This document shows positions 28,132 to 41,109 of a DNA stretch of 64,000 bases, piece by piece. A program made the translations under genes and the position numbers. The stretch spans positions 62,001-126,000 of the forward strand of contig MU058054.1 of assembly GCA_013265495.1 (NCBI GenBank). The letters are read 5' to 3'. The stretch comes from Vicugna vicugna. Taxonomy: Eukaryota. The stretch's first letter is position 1. Each line of letters begins with the position of its first letter. The notes beneath the pieces are model-generated. The model was not told the origin of the DNA. It did no database searches and saw nothing but the letters and a program-made list of their open reading frames with translations.

Positions 28132-30720
28132 GTACTGCTCCTTTTTTGTTATGATCTTGTTTTCCTTCTAGTTAGTAACTGCATCATTTTTGCATTTTTC
28201 TCAGTTTTCTACGTAACTACTGCTAATTCATCTGCAAACTGCTAAAAGTGTAACTTTCCTCTCAACAAATTCAAATATATCAGGTAAATCTGCTTTAATT
28301 TCTTTCTTAAAAATACACCTCCTATAACCCTCCATCAGGCTCCAGTTTGGGCTGCTTGCTCTCTAGGCCTGGTACAAAACTATGGTCACGGAGTTTCCCT
28401 TAAATTTATCCTGGGAATTCCCTTGTCTCTCTTCATGTCAGACCCCCCGTTTCCCTGATCTCACTTCTTCCTTTTCTTATATTCTCTTTTTAGTTGGGTA
28501 TTTCCTCCAGTAGCTTCCTGAGAAGGGGCATGGGAAGTACTTTTTGTTTTTTAAATTCCTTGAGTTATCTAAAAATATCTTCATCTACCCACACTTACTA
28601 ACAGTTTGGATCAGTATAGAATTCCAGACAGGAAAGTACGTAGTCAGATTTCTGAAGGCCTTTCCTCATCTTCTGGCTTCTAGTGCTGCTGTCATGAAGG
28701 CTGGGATCCCACTCTGATCCCCAATCCTTCCCAGTCACCTGTATGTACATCCCCCTCCAGAAGTTTACAGAAGCTTCTCTTTGTGTATTCTGAAATTTTA
28801 TAATATTGTATCTTGGAGTAGGTTTTTTTTTTCTTAACTGTATGAACCAATAACTGCTAACTCTTTTACACTTAGAGATGTATATCCTTTACTTCCGGGA
28901 AGTTTTCTTACAATAATTTCCCTTTAACTTTTTTCTGTTCTCTTTCTTGTATGCCTATTATTTAGACATTGGGCTTCCCCGATTGCCTAATTTTCCTTTG
29001 CTCTGTTTTATTTTTTCTCTTGCATTTATTTTCTTTTTCCTCCTGCATTTATCTCTCTTGTCTTTAGCTCTATTTTCTGGGAGATTTCCTCAATTTTATC
29101 ATCTCTTATATTAAAACTTTAACTTCCATGAGCTTTTTCTGATTGCTGTAAATTTCTTTTTCTTTGCTGTTCCCTCTACATCGTGTTCTATTTTTCTTGA
29201 ATGTAGTTACCTTCCTTTCCCTTGAGGGTATAAATAATTGGGTGTTTGACGTTGCTGTTTTCTTCAGCTGCCTGCACTGTCTCTGTAATCTCTTGAGTTC
29301 TTCTGTGGTATTTGCTCTGGTCTCTGCTTTCTGTGCTTGACGTTTTCCTCAAATAGGGAATCCTTGGCTGTACATTTATGGGTAAGAGTAAGACACTGAA
29401 AAGATGATCAGATGAACTGTGTGAGTGAGCAGTACTTCATTCCAGGGTGATCAGACAGGAACCTGGCTATCTGGAGGATTCCTGTTTTTCCTTTTATCTG
29501 ATCACTTTCGACAGAGAGGAATCTCCCAGTCTTCTGCTCTGGCAGTATAGGGTTGGCCTCCAGTGGTCCCAGGGCAGAGCAGGGCAATGGGGCATGAAGA
29601 GGGGGAGGTCTTCACCATTCGGTAAGAAGACATTTTAACTTAACTCCTTTTCAGATATGTAAGATTTTACAAACAAACACATTTATACATATACATAGAT
29701 GTGTGCAAGTGCATGTGCATGTATAAGAACACTGTTCTAACTACAGAGGCAGGGACCATGTTCTGAGAAAGATAAACATAATATTCAAGCAACATCAAGT
29801 ATTGTTAACAGAGTGCTTTTTAAGATTAAATAAGAAGTGCCAATTTTACTGTCTCATTAGCTATGATCTTATGTTACTAATGGTCATATCTAAACTATGA
29901 CTAAGAATTGGGCACTTTCTGTTGAACCACCTAATTGCTATCATTCATATATCCCACTGCAGTATTTTAGAGGATCAGTCATAAAGCAGACTCTACATTA
30001 TGACTCTTTACCTGGTATCAATTTGTAACCAACTGTAAGCCAAAACGAATTCTAAAGATAGACAAAATAGGCATTTAACAATATCATATTTCATTTATAC
30101 TTTTGCTTTCTATCTACAAAAGCAATCATCAAAAATTCTCTAACTGCATACATTAAAGCCTGTACAGTACTACAAAAATATTTTATTCATTATTTTCAAA
30201 GATTCTTCATTCAATGGAACTGACTTCTGGGTCATTTCTAATCCTCTCCACTTGAAATGGTTCATAAGCAGCTGTTAGATTAGCAATTTGTCAACAATGC
30301 CCAGTTCAACCAGAAAACCTAGTTAGATAGTTTCTACTAAAGCAGCAAGTCAGGCTGGTTACATACTTCTCTATAATCTTGTTCCACCCAATTTCTCATT
30401 TTTAAATTCTCAATATAAGATGATTGAAAAATGACCTGTAGTGCCTTCTGTAGCTGTCTTCCTTCTCTCCTGGTCTCTTTAATCACATGGGTTGCATTTA
30501 GCTCTCACATAATGACAAAACATGGAGATGCCGTTCTCCTTTAAGCAAAGTATAAATCTAACACTGTTGAAATGGCATACCATGGCTCTGATTTTTGATA
30601 GATAATTTAAAAATCATCCCCATTTATGTGCCACACTTCATAAACCCTTGTCCTTCAAAAAGCTCCTTCTAGGTGATAAATACTAAAATAACAAACCCAG
30701 CCCAAAATATTTAAAATTTG

Positions 30721-30866
30721 GGGATTTTTTGGGGGGGAGAGGGGTAATTAGGCTTATTTGTTTATTTTTTAATTAATTATTTTTTTTTAAGGTAGAGGTA
30801 CTGGGAATTGAACCCAGGACCTTGTGTATGCTACATATGCACTCTACCACTGAGCTATATCCTCTC
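30721..30866 (-). mobile_element. tRNA-derived SINE (left member of an inverted pair)
   Basis: gaggtactgggaattgaacccaggacc...ctctaccactgagctatat. Confidence 0.87.
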
Positions 30867-30924
30867 TGACAAAACATTCTAAATTTTGGGTAAAATATTT
30901 TTTTACAATAAAAAAGTTTAACTT

Positions 30925-31066
30925 GGGGGGGAGACTATAACTCAGTGGTAGAGTGCATGTCCAGCATGTGTGAGGCCCTGGGTTCAATTCCCAGTACCTC
31001 TGTCAAAATAAATAAAACAAACAAACCTAATTGCCTCCCCCATTAAAAAATTTTTTTTTTAATTTT
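30925..31066 (+). mobile_element. tRNA-derived SINE (right member of an inverted pair)
   Basis: ctataactcagtggtagagtgcatg...ccctgggttcaattcccagtacctc; TSD aagtttaactt. Confidence 0.87.
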
Positions 31067-31305
31067 TGAAGTTTAACTTAATTTTAAAACTTAATTTTAA
31101 GTTTAGAGTTTAAAATTCTACCATATTGCCAAACTTCCTATGCAGAGGTAGGAAAATATGACTTTAAGTAAAAAGCTGCTCTGCACACAAATGCTCAATA
31201 AACGCTTTTTGGATCAATGAACAAGCCCTAAATGAGTTGCAGAAAGAGGGACTATAGGAACAAACAATGAACATATACAGATAAGCTAGCCTTCACAAAT
31301 GGACA

Positions 31306-31415
31306 CCCATAATCATCTTAATTTCAATTCTCAAAAGTTACTGAACACCTACCATGTGCTCCCATAATCATCTTAATTTCAATTCTCAAAAGTTACTGAA
31401 CACCTACCATGTGCT
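31306..31415 (+). repeat. Perfect 55-bp tandem duplication
   Basis: cccataatcatcttaatttcaattctcaaaagttactgaacacctaccatgtgct occurs twice back-to-back. Confidence 0.95.
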
Positions 31416-32356
31416 AAGTACAACTACAACATAGTACAGTACTAGTTTACATAGAATTCAGATTCTAGTACTGAGTCGGCCACTGATTTATTGAATCACA
31501 ATCTTTCAGGGTCTATTTTCTCACTTCAAAAATGAGACTGAGTAGATGTTCTCAAAGGTTCCTTAAAATTTCAAAATTCTATAATTCTATGACTGTGTTA
31601 AATGAAATCTTCTCATTCTTCTACTCTTCCACCGTTAATGAAATACAACAATCTATATAGTAAGTGAAATATCTATTAGCAATGCTTTCAATCAAAAATT
31701 TAAGTGTCATACATGGGTTGATAAAGTAAAAATGATAAACCTAATACATGTTAAGTGCTTATAACATGTCAATTACACACTAGTTATAGTAAGCATGATT
31801 ATCTTATTTAACCCTCACATGAACCCAAGAGACAGACTAATATCATTCCCATTGTATGGATAAGAAAACTGATGCTAATCCTGAGGTCAAACAATAAGTA
31901 AGTGATGGAGATGGGGCTCAAACCTGACCTGACTCCAGAGCTTAAACTCATAACAACTAACCAGCACAGGTGTCTTACCACAAATCTCAGCCAGGATAGT
32001 TAAGTGTTACACTGGGATGAGGGCACTAAATGACAGTTAAAGAAATTAGACTATACAGAGAGTGAACAAGCACTGGAATAAATGCATATATACTTGGGGA
32101 CAGTAAAAACGTGATAGAAATAGTGTCTAAGGTCATTCGTGTAGCCACCTATAGGATGAATGAAAAAAACTAAGAATTAAGACTTTCAGCTAAAAGAGAT
32201 GGCAACAAGGAAGAATTATTTATCTCATTATAAGGTAAGAAAGAACTGTGACAATGGAAATAAAGGAGACAGTACCAAGAAATACTGCAAAAAAAAAATC
32301 TGCAGGTTCCATTCAATATTCTAACTAAAGTGCATCTTTTAAAAAGTAGTGCTAAA

Positions 32357-32706
32357 GGGGAGGTTGAGCCAAGATGGCAGAGCAGAGACTCACGTTCGCC
32401 CTCTGCCAGAAATACACTAAGAATTACATCTACAAACCCACTGAACCGCACAGAACACCCACTGAACTCCGGCAGAGTGTCTCTCATTTCAAAATACAGG
32501 AGGAGTCTCACAAAATCTGATAAACAACAAGTTTATACTGTATAGCACAGGGAACTATATTCAATGTCTTGCAGTAACTTAAGGTTAAAAAGAATATGAA
32601 AACGAATATATGTATGTTCCTATATGACTGAAACACACCAGAAATTGACACAATATTGTAAACTGACTATACCTCAATAAAAATATATTTAAAAATAAAA
32701 TTAAAT
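32357..32706 (+). mobile_element. Mini-L1: L1 5'UTR start fused to L1 3' terminus, flanked by a TSD
   Basis: Starts GGGGAGG..CAAGATGGC (L1 5' start with YY1 site). At 32519/32520 it joins ATAAACAACAAG...TATAGCACAGGGAACTATATTC, the L1 3' end seen elsewhere in the window. AATAAA at 32676; TSD AAAAAGTAGT(G/A)CTA at 32341 and 32707. Confidence 0.8.
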
Positions 32707-32721
32707 AAAAAGTAGTACTAG

Positions 32722-33306
32722 GCCCAATGGAAGGCAGGCACGTCATTATGCTCCGTGCCATGAAAATGAGGATCAAGTGCTGGAACAGTGTGGCCACTTG
32801 TCTCGTGGTGGCCAACGATGAGCATCTGCTAGACAGCCTTCAATGGCTGCTGCCCAGACTGCAAGGTGCTGGGTGACGGGCGCCCCTTGGTGTGGGGCCA
32901 GTGCTCGCACTGTTTCCACATGCACTGCATCCTCAAGTGGCTCAGCGTGCAGCAGGGCCAACAGCACTGCCCCATGTGCCGCCAGGAGTGTAAGCTCAAG
33001 GGGTGAGGCTGCGCTGGGCCTGGATGCCCCTTCCCCTTGCTCTGGGATGGGCCCCTCACAAGTGGGTTTGGGTGGCCATGGTCTCCACTGGGGACAGTCC
33101 TCTCTGGGCTATGACAGGGCTGAAACAAGGACTGAAGCTGCATGTGTTTTTTTCCATCTCAATGCTGGACACTTTTTTCTAATTAAAGCCATGGTCTCCA
33201 CTGGGGACAGTCCTCTCTGGGCTACAACAAGGCTGAAACAAGGACTGGAACTGCATGTGTTTTTATCCATCCCAATGTTGGACACTTTTTTCTAATTAAA
33301 AAAAAA
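32722..33306 (+). pseudogene. ANAPC11: Processed pseudogene of APC/C subunit 11 (RING-H2)
   Basis: ATG at 32760 gives MKMRIKCWNSVATCL.VANDE; after a small deletion and a TAG it continues AFNGCCPDCKV...PLVWGQCSHCFHMHCILKWL..QQ.QQHCPMCRQE.K to TGA at 33004-33006. Followed by 3'UTR, ATTAAA, A tail and TSD agtactag (32714 / 33307). Confidence 0.95.
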
Positions 33307-33599
33307 AGTACTAGACATGATCATGAGAACAATCATCCACTTTTCAAATAAAATCTAAAATTTTAAAATAATAAGGCTTTAAGAAAATTTAAGTTTATCA
33401 AATTATAAAAGATTGACTATCCTTTCACAAATCCAGCAAGTAGCGGAGCTCAGACTCAAAAGTCAGATGCTAGTCCACACAATGCTGCAGAGTACTGACA
33501 ATGACAGACACTATTAGGTAATCTGAAAGCGATGTTTTTTAAAACTGTAGAATAGTAGGATTATCACGTAAAATAAAACTAGAAATCTTCTAGTTCATC

Positions 33600-34600
33600 T
33601 AACGTATGAAGTTCTACTGTAACCTCTCTAATTGGTGGTCTCCCAGTCTCTGCTGAAACACTTATAAAAGAGTTCACAGTCTAATCTTAAAAGTCTACAT
33701 TACTAAAAAGCTCTATGAATAAAAATTTTTGTTAAACTTCTACCCAATGGTTCCAAAATTTTGTCCTGTTGGTATAGACCCCTCCCCACCCTGATCATTA
33801 CTCTGAGCATTCTGCAGTCCATCATACTCAGAATGAATGAAATAATCCAGATAACAGTCTGACTAGTCTTAGCATTACTACCTCTCTTATTTAATGGGCA
33901 CAAATATTTCTACCAGTGCAACTGAACAGGGCATCTTAGGCTGACTGGCCTGCTTTATTTGGGCAATTGGAAGGATGCTGTATGTTATGCTTTTGTTTCA
34001 GCAGGGACAGGGAGTCACATCCACATCAAACTGTTGCTCATATTAAGCTTGAAGGTACCTAAAACCTTTATTCAATTGCTTTCACCTCCTCAACCTCTAA
34101 AACAGTTTTTTTTTAATTTAAAAATAGAACTTTATATTTAGTGCTGTTAAATTTTTTTTCAAGTTCATCATTCTAATATTTTAAAACCCTGTTGAAGAAC
34201 TGAAACCTATACCCTCTATACAGCACTTATCAGTGTTGTAAATAGTTGATTTTCTAGTCTATATCCTCCCCTAGACTTTGAGCTTTCAAGGACTCTTTTC
34301 TCCGAGATATCACCTATGCTAAGTATAGTAGTTAAGTACCCAGGAGGTGATGATGATGATGAACTAATTCCCCTCGATTCTGTCATCAACAGTCTTCCCA
34401 GGTTTGTGCCACCTACAAATCTGGGGAGTTTTGCTTCTTAAATACTCATACAGGTCCCCCTTAAAACTTGGGATATAACCCAGTCAAGACTACAGAGTCC
34501 AGTGGCACATGGTAAGAAATTCCCCTCCAGATAACAATAAAGTATAAGGTTACAAATAAGACTGCTCAACTCCCTAGGATTCAGATGACTATTTTTCCCC
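33600..34600 (-). mobile_element. Possible ancient L3/CR1 LINE remnant
   Basis: cccaggtttgtgccacctacaaatctg resembles the minus-strand CR1 RT motif; highly decayed. Confidence 0.35.
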
Positions 34601-35815
34601 AGGATTCTCCAATCTTAAGGTAATTATTCAATAAACACTGTCCAGGGTACACAAGAAAAACAACTATGATTATCATGTTTCACTCTTGATTTACAGATGC
34701 CAGAGAAAAACAAGCTTAGAAAAAGATACATACAAACGTTCTAAAAGCCTTGGGGATGATTCCTCACAAACTACAGAGGAACAGTTTAAAAAAAAAAAAA
34801 GGATGCAGGAAAAAGTTGTTCAAGTCTTGCAATGACAGCTTGCCTAAGTATTATTTTAAATCCTATCAGAAACCTATTAATGAAAACACTCCTTCCTTTT
34901 CTACAGAGAACAGAATGCTTTCACCTGATTATTCTTTTAGTTATAGGTAAGAGAAACAAAACATCCTTTATTCCACATAAAGTAAAATTGCTAACCTACT
35001 ATAAAATTTACACAAATCATTATCTTCAGAACAGATCAATATGAATATTTACATGCAAAGTTTTTATAAAAGTGAAATCAAGTTCTAAAAAATGCTTATA
35101 TTTTTCTTTTGAGAAATTCCATTAATGTACATAAAGATACATTTCAGTGTGAGGACCATGAAAACATACTACACACTCTTCCTAAAATTTATGGGAGAGG
35201 AGATCAGCTACTCACAAACTCCTGATGCCAAAAACCCGAAACAGCATCCATTTTAACATGGGCAGAATATTAACTCCCCCCACCCCACAAAAAGGCAAAG
35301 CAATGCCAATGCCAAAGTTACTGTCAAGGAAGAAGAAATTTTTTAAAGCACAAAAATAGGGGAAAAAAAACTTAGCTATTATGTCTAAAGGACAATAAAC
35401 TAGCCAACAAAATAAATTTACTATAGTTATGCTAAAAGAATATTTTAGCTTTTGTTGCCATTAGAAGTAAAAAAGAAAAATAAGTTTATCATATCAATCA
35501 AAAGAACAAGAAGAAAAAACTCAATGCCATTCCTTAAACACATAACTAATCAAATTCCAGAGCATTTCTCCAAATACTCAAAGCAACTAATATTCTTAAA
35601 AGTGGAAGTTCAGTTCTTTCTTTTTTCCTAAATCTAGAAGGCAAAATTTTACATTTGAGGATTAAAAACATAAGAGATCGGTTCTGTGACAGAAGAGAAA
35701 CAATACCTGTTGCTGCATCCTAAGTCTAAAATGATAAAAAAAGAAGAAACAAATGCAGGCAGATTGCCTAGTTTGGAAGAAATAACACTGAAAAGGCCTT
35801 CTGAAAAGTCGGTCC

Positions 35816-35910
35816 AAAAGAATATATTTATGTATATGATGACTGAAACATTATGTTGTATATCAGAAATTGACACATTGTAAACTGACTATATGTCAAT
35901 TGAAAAAAAA
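35816..35910 (+). mobile_element. Very short young L1 3' end
   Basis: gactgaaacattatgttgtatatcagaaattgacacattgtaaactgac with an A tail. Confidence 0.75.
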
Positions 35911-36979
35911 TCTGTTCAATAAATTAGTATTCAGTCCTCAAAGTTCCCTAATAACAAAACTGCAATGTTTTTCAAGGAAATGTAATTGAGGTTGTCTATT
36001 TTAAACTTCAAAATTTATTTATTTTAATAAAGTTAGCTGCCTAGATATGACAAAAAAAAAAAAAGGCCAAAATAAAACATCACTAAGAAGCACTTTGATT
36101 GGGTTTCACATTAAAAAGCTCCAATTTAAATGACAGGATACTCTAAATCGGCATTTTCCAAACGAGGTTCATAGGGTTAATAGATACTCAGAAATAGGAT
36201 GCTGTGGCAAAACAAATACAGGAAACTGAGATTCTGTAATTCCCTACCATGCCCTCCTTCTCAAATACTAATATATTAAAGGTCCTAAGAAGTTCAGCAG
36301 AAATGTTATCTTTGCATCCAACATTTTGCAAACTTTCTTGGCCACAGATCTCTTCTTTATTATTATCATTGTTTAATTCATTGTCACCTCATTTCTTAGT
36401 TCACAGAAGAAGAATTCTGGGGAAAAAATGATAAGATCTTCAAGATTTCCAGGAGTTTCATTTTACACCTGTTGTTCCAGCAACAATATTATAAGCAACC
36501 CCTTCCACTCTAAAAAGTGTCCCAGTTTAGATGATAAATGATATGGTCACCCTAGAATTAATACTCTAAAACTAAACATGTATTATGAAACATGTGAACT
36601 ACTTTTACCAAATGTCAAATCAAAAGGCCCGTGTTACTACGTGTAATTAAAATGTTATGTAGATGTGATTAATCTCTATCCCTTTTCCCAAACTTCTGAA
36701 AAAATTCTCCACTAGCAATCTTACATATATTTTCAAAATACTCTATAGACTACTGAATTCTTGCTAAATGAACTCATAAACCATACAGATGTAGACAGTG
36801 AAAGATAACTGTAATTGTGTAATTTTTAAACAAGAGTCTATCGTATCTAATTGTAAGGACAGAAAAACTTTTAAAAACATTAGACCAAGTCCAAAGAAGA
36901 TGTTTTTATGTTTCAAAAGATATTTTAAAAAATTATTCCAGGCCTCTATTCTAAGAGTTCCTTAGAATTCTTGACTCTA

Positions 36980-37870
36980 TTTTCACTCAGTCCAGTCTTC
37001 CTGGGTGACCTCATGCATCTCATGACTTCAAAATGCCATTCCTAGGTTAATAATTCCCAAATCTTCACTTCCAGCCTAGCCTTTGTCTTCTGAATTACAA
37101 ATCAACTTCTGCTGAACACCTCTGTGTCCCAGAAGTACTCAACATGTCCAAACGTAACAAATCAAATTTCTTCCAAACCACCTAACTAGTTGTCCAAGCC
37201 AGAAACTTCTATACCACCTTTCCCTTCATTCACGTCTATTTACCAAGTCACAGCAATCCTACCACCTTCAAATGTCTAAGTCCCTATTACCGCTTTCAGA
37301 CTACCACGATCTCTTCCCTAGACACCTGCAAGGAACTCAGCTGTCCTCCCTGCCTCTAGTATTATCCCACGTCATTCTCCACAGTAGCGATCTTTCCAAA
37401 ACACAAATCTGACCATGTCACTCTGGTGCTTAAACCTTTCATGATTACCCACTGCATTCAGGACAAAGGCCAGATTTCTTAGCATGGCTAATATATCCTT
37501 CATGATCAGTCTCAGTCAGAGCCCCTACCCCCCTTAGCCAGCTCTCCATCGTCTAGGACTTTCACATACATCCTCCAGTTCTTCCAGTAACTCTTCTTCC
37601 CTCTCCCATCCCAACCTTTTCCTAGCTAACTTCAGCTCATTCAGGTCTCAACTTAGATGTCATCATCTTTGGGATACTTTCCTCAGGCCACTTGCAATAT
37701 TAGTAACTTTACCCTCTTATGTGTTCCCCAATTTAACCTAATACAGCCCTTATGCCATAATGTAGAGGCCCTGTTTACTTGTCTATTCTCTACCAAACTA
37801 TAAGCTCTGTCTGTACAAACTGTGTCTTGTTCATTGCCAATGAATATGAGTAATGATGTTCTGGCATCAA
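36980..37870 (+). mobile_element. L2 LINE remnant
   Basis: Characteristic L2 motifs (aaaacacaaatctgaccatgtcactc, ctcaacttagatgtcatc, aaactataagctct). Confidence 0.7.
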
Positions 37871-38974
37871 TTATTATGAACCATACAAGCAATGCAAACG
37901 TATTAGAAATTATACATATTACCTCCCACAAATAAGGGCATTATATAATTCTGCCCAGTGCCTACTCAGCATGTTACTGGAATCCAAGCAATAATTTACC
38001 CAGTTCGGACAGATAAGTTAAAGAATTTTGTTCTTAATCCTACAAAAAATAGGAAGTTATAAAAAACTTGTCCAACTGCAGGAAATGCAGGGGTGGGGAA
38101 GAGACTGACATAACCAAAAAGTCAATCTGACTAAAGAGCAAATAAACTGAAAAGAAAAATTAAGATATGAGACCAACCTAGAGGTTGGTATGAAACTATA
38201 AGAGTCTGAAATAATGAGGGTGGCAGCAGGGAAGGAAAGGAAGGCATAACATTAAGAAAGATTTGACAAGACTTGGATGTGGAGGAAGTCTGTAGCTCAG
38301 ATGGTTTGGAAAGCCTTCCTTGAGCACCCAAACTACGCCAGGTCTCCTTGTTACATGTGCCTATAGAGTTCTGTCTTTTTCCTTTACAGAACTTGGTACA
38401 ACTTCAGACTCCTAATTTCAATGTGAAAAGTTCTAATAACAATCTATCTCTAACTTCCCCAAATTCACATTACTCTCTTATATATAGATCTTCACACATG
38501 GATCTAGTGGGTGTTCCATAAACGTAATTCAGTGTTTTCTCTCCTCACCACCATGCTGTTCCCTCTGCTTGAAATAACCTCCCTGTAATCACCACCTATC
38601 AAAAGCCTTCTCTTTTAAGGCCCAGTTTGAAGTGACTGTTCTTCTTACGAATATACTGTTAGCTATTTACATGGTTAACCTTCTATATTGTTTTCTGTTA
38701 TAGGTCTAGACATTTCTCTCTTCCACGAGAATGAGGCAAACTCCTTGAGGTCAGCTATGGGGTGGAAGGAGCGGAGGTAGGTGTGGAGGGACTGAATAGA
38801 TGGGAATTCCAAGCACAAAGAACAGAAGAGAAAGCACCCAAGAACTCAAAAAAAAAAAAAAAAAAAGAAAAGAAAAATAATGTCCACACCTTCTCCTGAA
38901 GGATTCTTATACCGTGTTCTACAGACCCAGTCTTTCCTCCTAATCCTCATACTAGTTATTGGTGATAATATTTC

Positions 38975-39305
38975 TAGAAAGTCACTAACCCAAAGAAATA
39001 TAAGCTGCGATGGCGAGCCACACATGCAATTTAAAACTCTCTACTAACTACATTTTAAAAAAGAAAAAAAAGTAAAAAGAAACAGGTAAAATTAATAGCA
39101 TAATTTTACTAAGCCCGGTATATCCAAACTATTACCATTCAAACATATAATCAATATAAAACAATTACTGAGATATTTTCCTTTTTTTATGCTATGTCAT
39201 CAAAATCCAGTGTATATTTTTGATTTATAGCACATCTCAAATCAAACTTCAAATGCTTAATAGCCACATATGACTAGTGGCTGCAGAACTGGACACTGCA
39301 GCTCT
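38975..39305. mobile_element. MER33-like hAT MITE
   Basis: gagccacacatgcaatttaaaa...aatagccacatatgactagtggctgcagaactggaca. Confidence 0.75.
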
Positions 39306-40982
39306 AAAATAACATCTCTGTCATTCACTGGAGCTTTTAGCACCTGCCCCAATTATCCAGGCTCCAACCCATTACCCTGGGCTGTGTTTCTTAGCTCCTC
39401 ATCATTACTCTCCACCCTCAGCCACTCACTTTCATGGCCACACCTTGGACCTTTCCACCAGAACCTGTACCACCTCCAAAATCACCAGTTCAAATACTCA
39501 CATACTCCAACTATCACCTCCTAGTCTTATGTGCTTAAGTTATCTCCACTGCAATAATTCAACTTCTTGCTATCTCCAATTAATTGATGTTATTGCTCTC
39601 TATCCCTTCAGGTCCAGCTTAGATTCCATGGTATGTCATGGTACATCATTAAACATTCCTTTGCAAAAATCCCTTTGCACCTCTATGCCTGGCACAGTCA
39701 ACTGGCTCCAACTTTACAACTCAGGCAGACAGAAGAATGTATGCATACAGGCAAACAGATGTTATAATACATCCATAATCATCAATTGCAATGGATACAG
39801 GAATTCTATTAAATTTTCCAGGAAGCCAGCAGTCAAACTCCCCACAGTAATTATTTCATAACTTTTCCTTGCTCCTCCCACATATCCTTCCCCTTATAAC
39901 TGCCTTTAGGAAGCATACATAAAACCAATGACTTTCTTTAACAATGCATTCAACATTGTTATTTGATATTATTTGATAATTAAAAAAACCTTCCAAAATT
40001 AAAAAATAGCGTTTCTTGCTAATCATAAAGATTTAGATCCAGAAAGGTGCAAGAGATCAAACTACTTTTCATATACTTATCAAAATACTAGAATGCAAGT
40101 TTCATGAGGGCAAAGACTCATTACCAACCTACTATTGAGCATCTAACAGTATCTGGCACATAAACCAGCCCTCATTTTACTGATGGAATGAATAAAAACC
40201 TTGCTTTAAAAAGCAACTGTGATTTGAAAGGCCAAACTTGAAATAGGCAAAAGGCAGGGGGAGGAGAGAGTCCTTGTTTGTTTTCAAGATTTGGCACAGA
40301 ATATCTATAGTCCAGTAAAGGCATAATTATTTTTATTTTACATAAAACTTAAAAAATGTATCAAACAAAATAATGGACAAAAAGATACAAAGTACAACAA
40401 AGATTTGAATGGTTTATGCTTCCACCAAAAAGCTAGACTTTTCTTATAACTCTGATTTAACTTCTTCATAGATTACACCATGGACACATAATAGTCTAAG
40501 CACTTTTCAATACTTAGCCAAGTGTGGATCACTGTGGCGATTAACTTAAGTCCCATTTTCTTCCCCAAACATCATTGAGCATAACTGTTAGATTCTATGG
40601 GCATGTATATTTGCCACAGTTAAGCATTTTTCCAAAATGAGGTTTCCAAAACTTTCCTCTCCACCCGTGGAATCTTCCTCTTCAAAGAATATTATGTCAA
40701 ATTTGGAAATGTACAAGACTATGATATAATTAAATAGCTTGATTAGAAGCAAAGGCTTAAAAACAATCTTATAAGTTAATAATACATAAAACTAATATTT
40801 CACTACTAGTTTTGATTTTGAAAGTAACCTATTAATAAAGTTACAGGGAGGAAGTGGGGGAGGAGACAGGATGTGGGTGCACAAAACAAAGCCTCAATGG
40901 TTTGGAATACTCTGTTAAGTTTGATGTTTGTTTTATTAGTTGCCTATAAGCTATATATTCTTCTACAGTTTTGTATATACAT

Positions 40983-41109
40983 TTTGGGGGGTTAATTAGA
41001 TTTATAAAATAGACAGGCATACAGATAGATAGACAGAGGTACTCAGAATTGAACCCAGGACCTCATGCATGCTAAGCACGCAGTCTACCACTGAGCTATA
41101 TCCTCCCCA
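40983..41109 (-). mobile_element. tRNA-derived SINE
   Basis: gaggtactcagaattgaacccaggacctc...ctaccactgagctatatcctcccc. Confidence 0.85.

Noticed and set aside
32773..33295. ORFs 32843-33295(+), 32829-33143(-) and 32773-32967(-)
   Set aside because: Alternative frames and antisense of the GC-rich ANAPC11 pseudogene; no independent evidence of coding.
13396..35910. Recurrent dispersed motif tatagcacagggaactatattc / gactgaaaca...cagaaattgacac
   Set aside because: Not an array or novel repeat; these are independent 5'-truncated young L1 3' ends, each with its own TSD.
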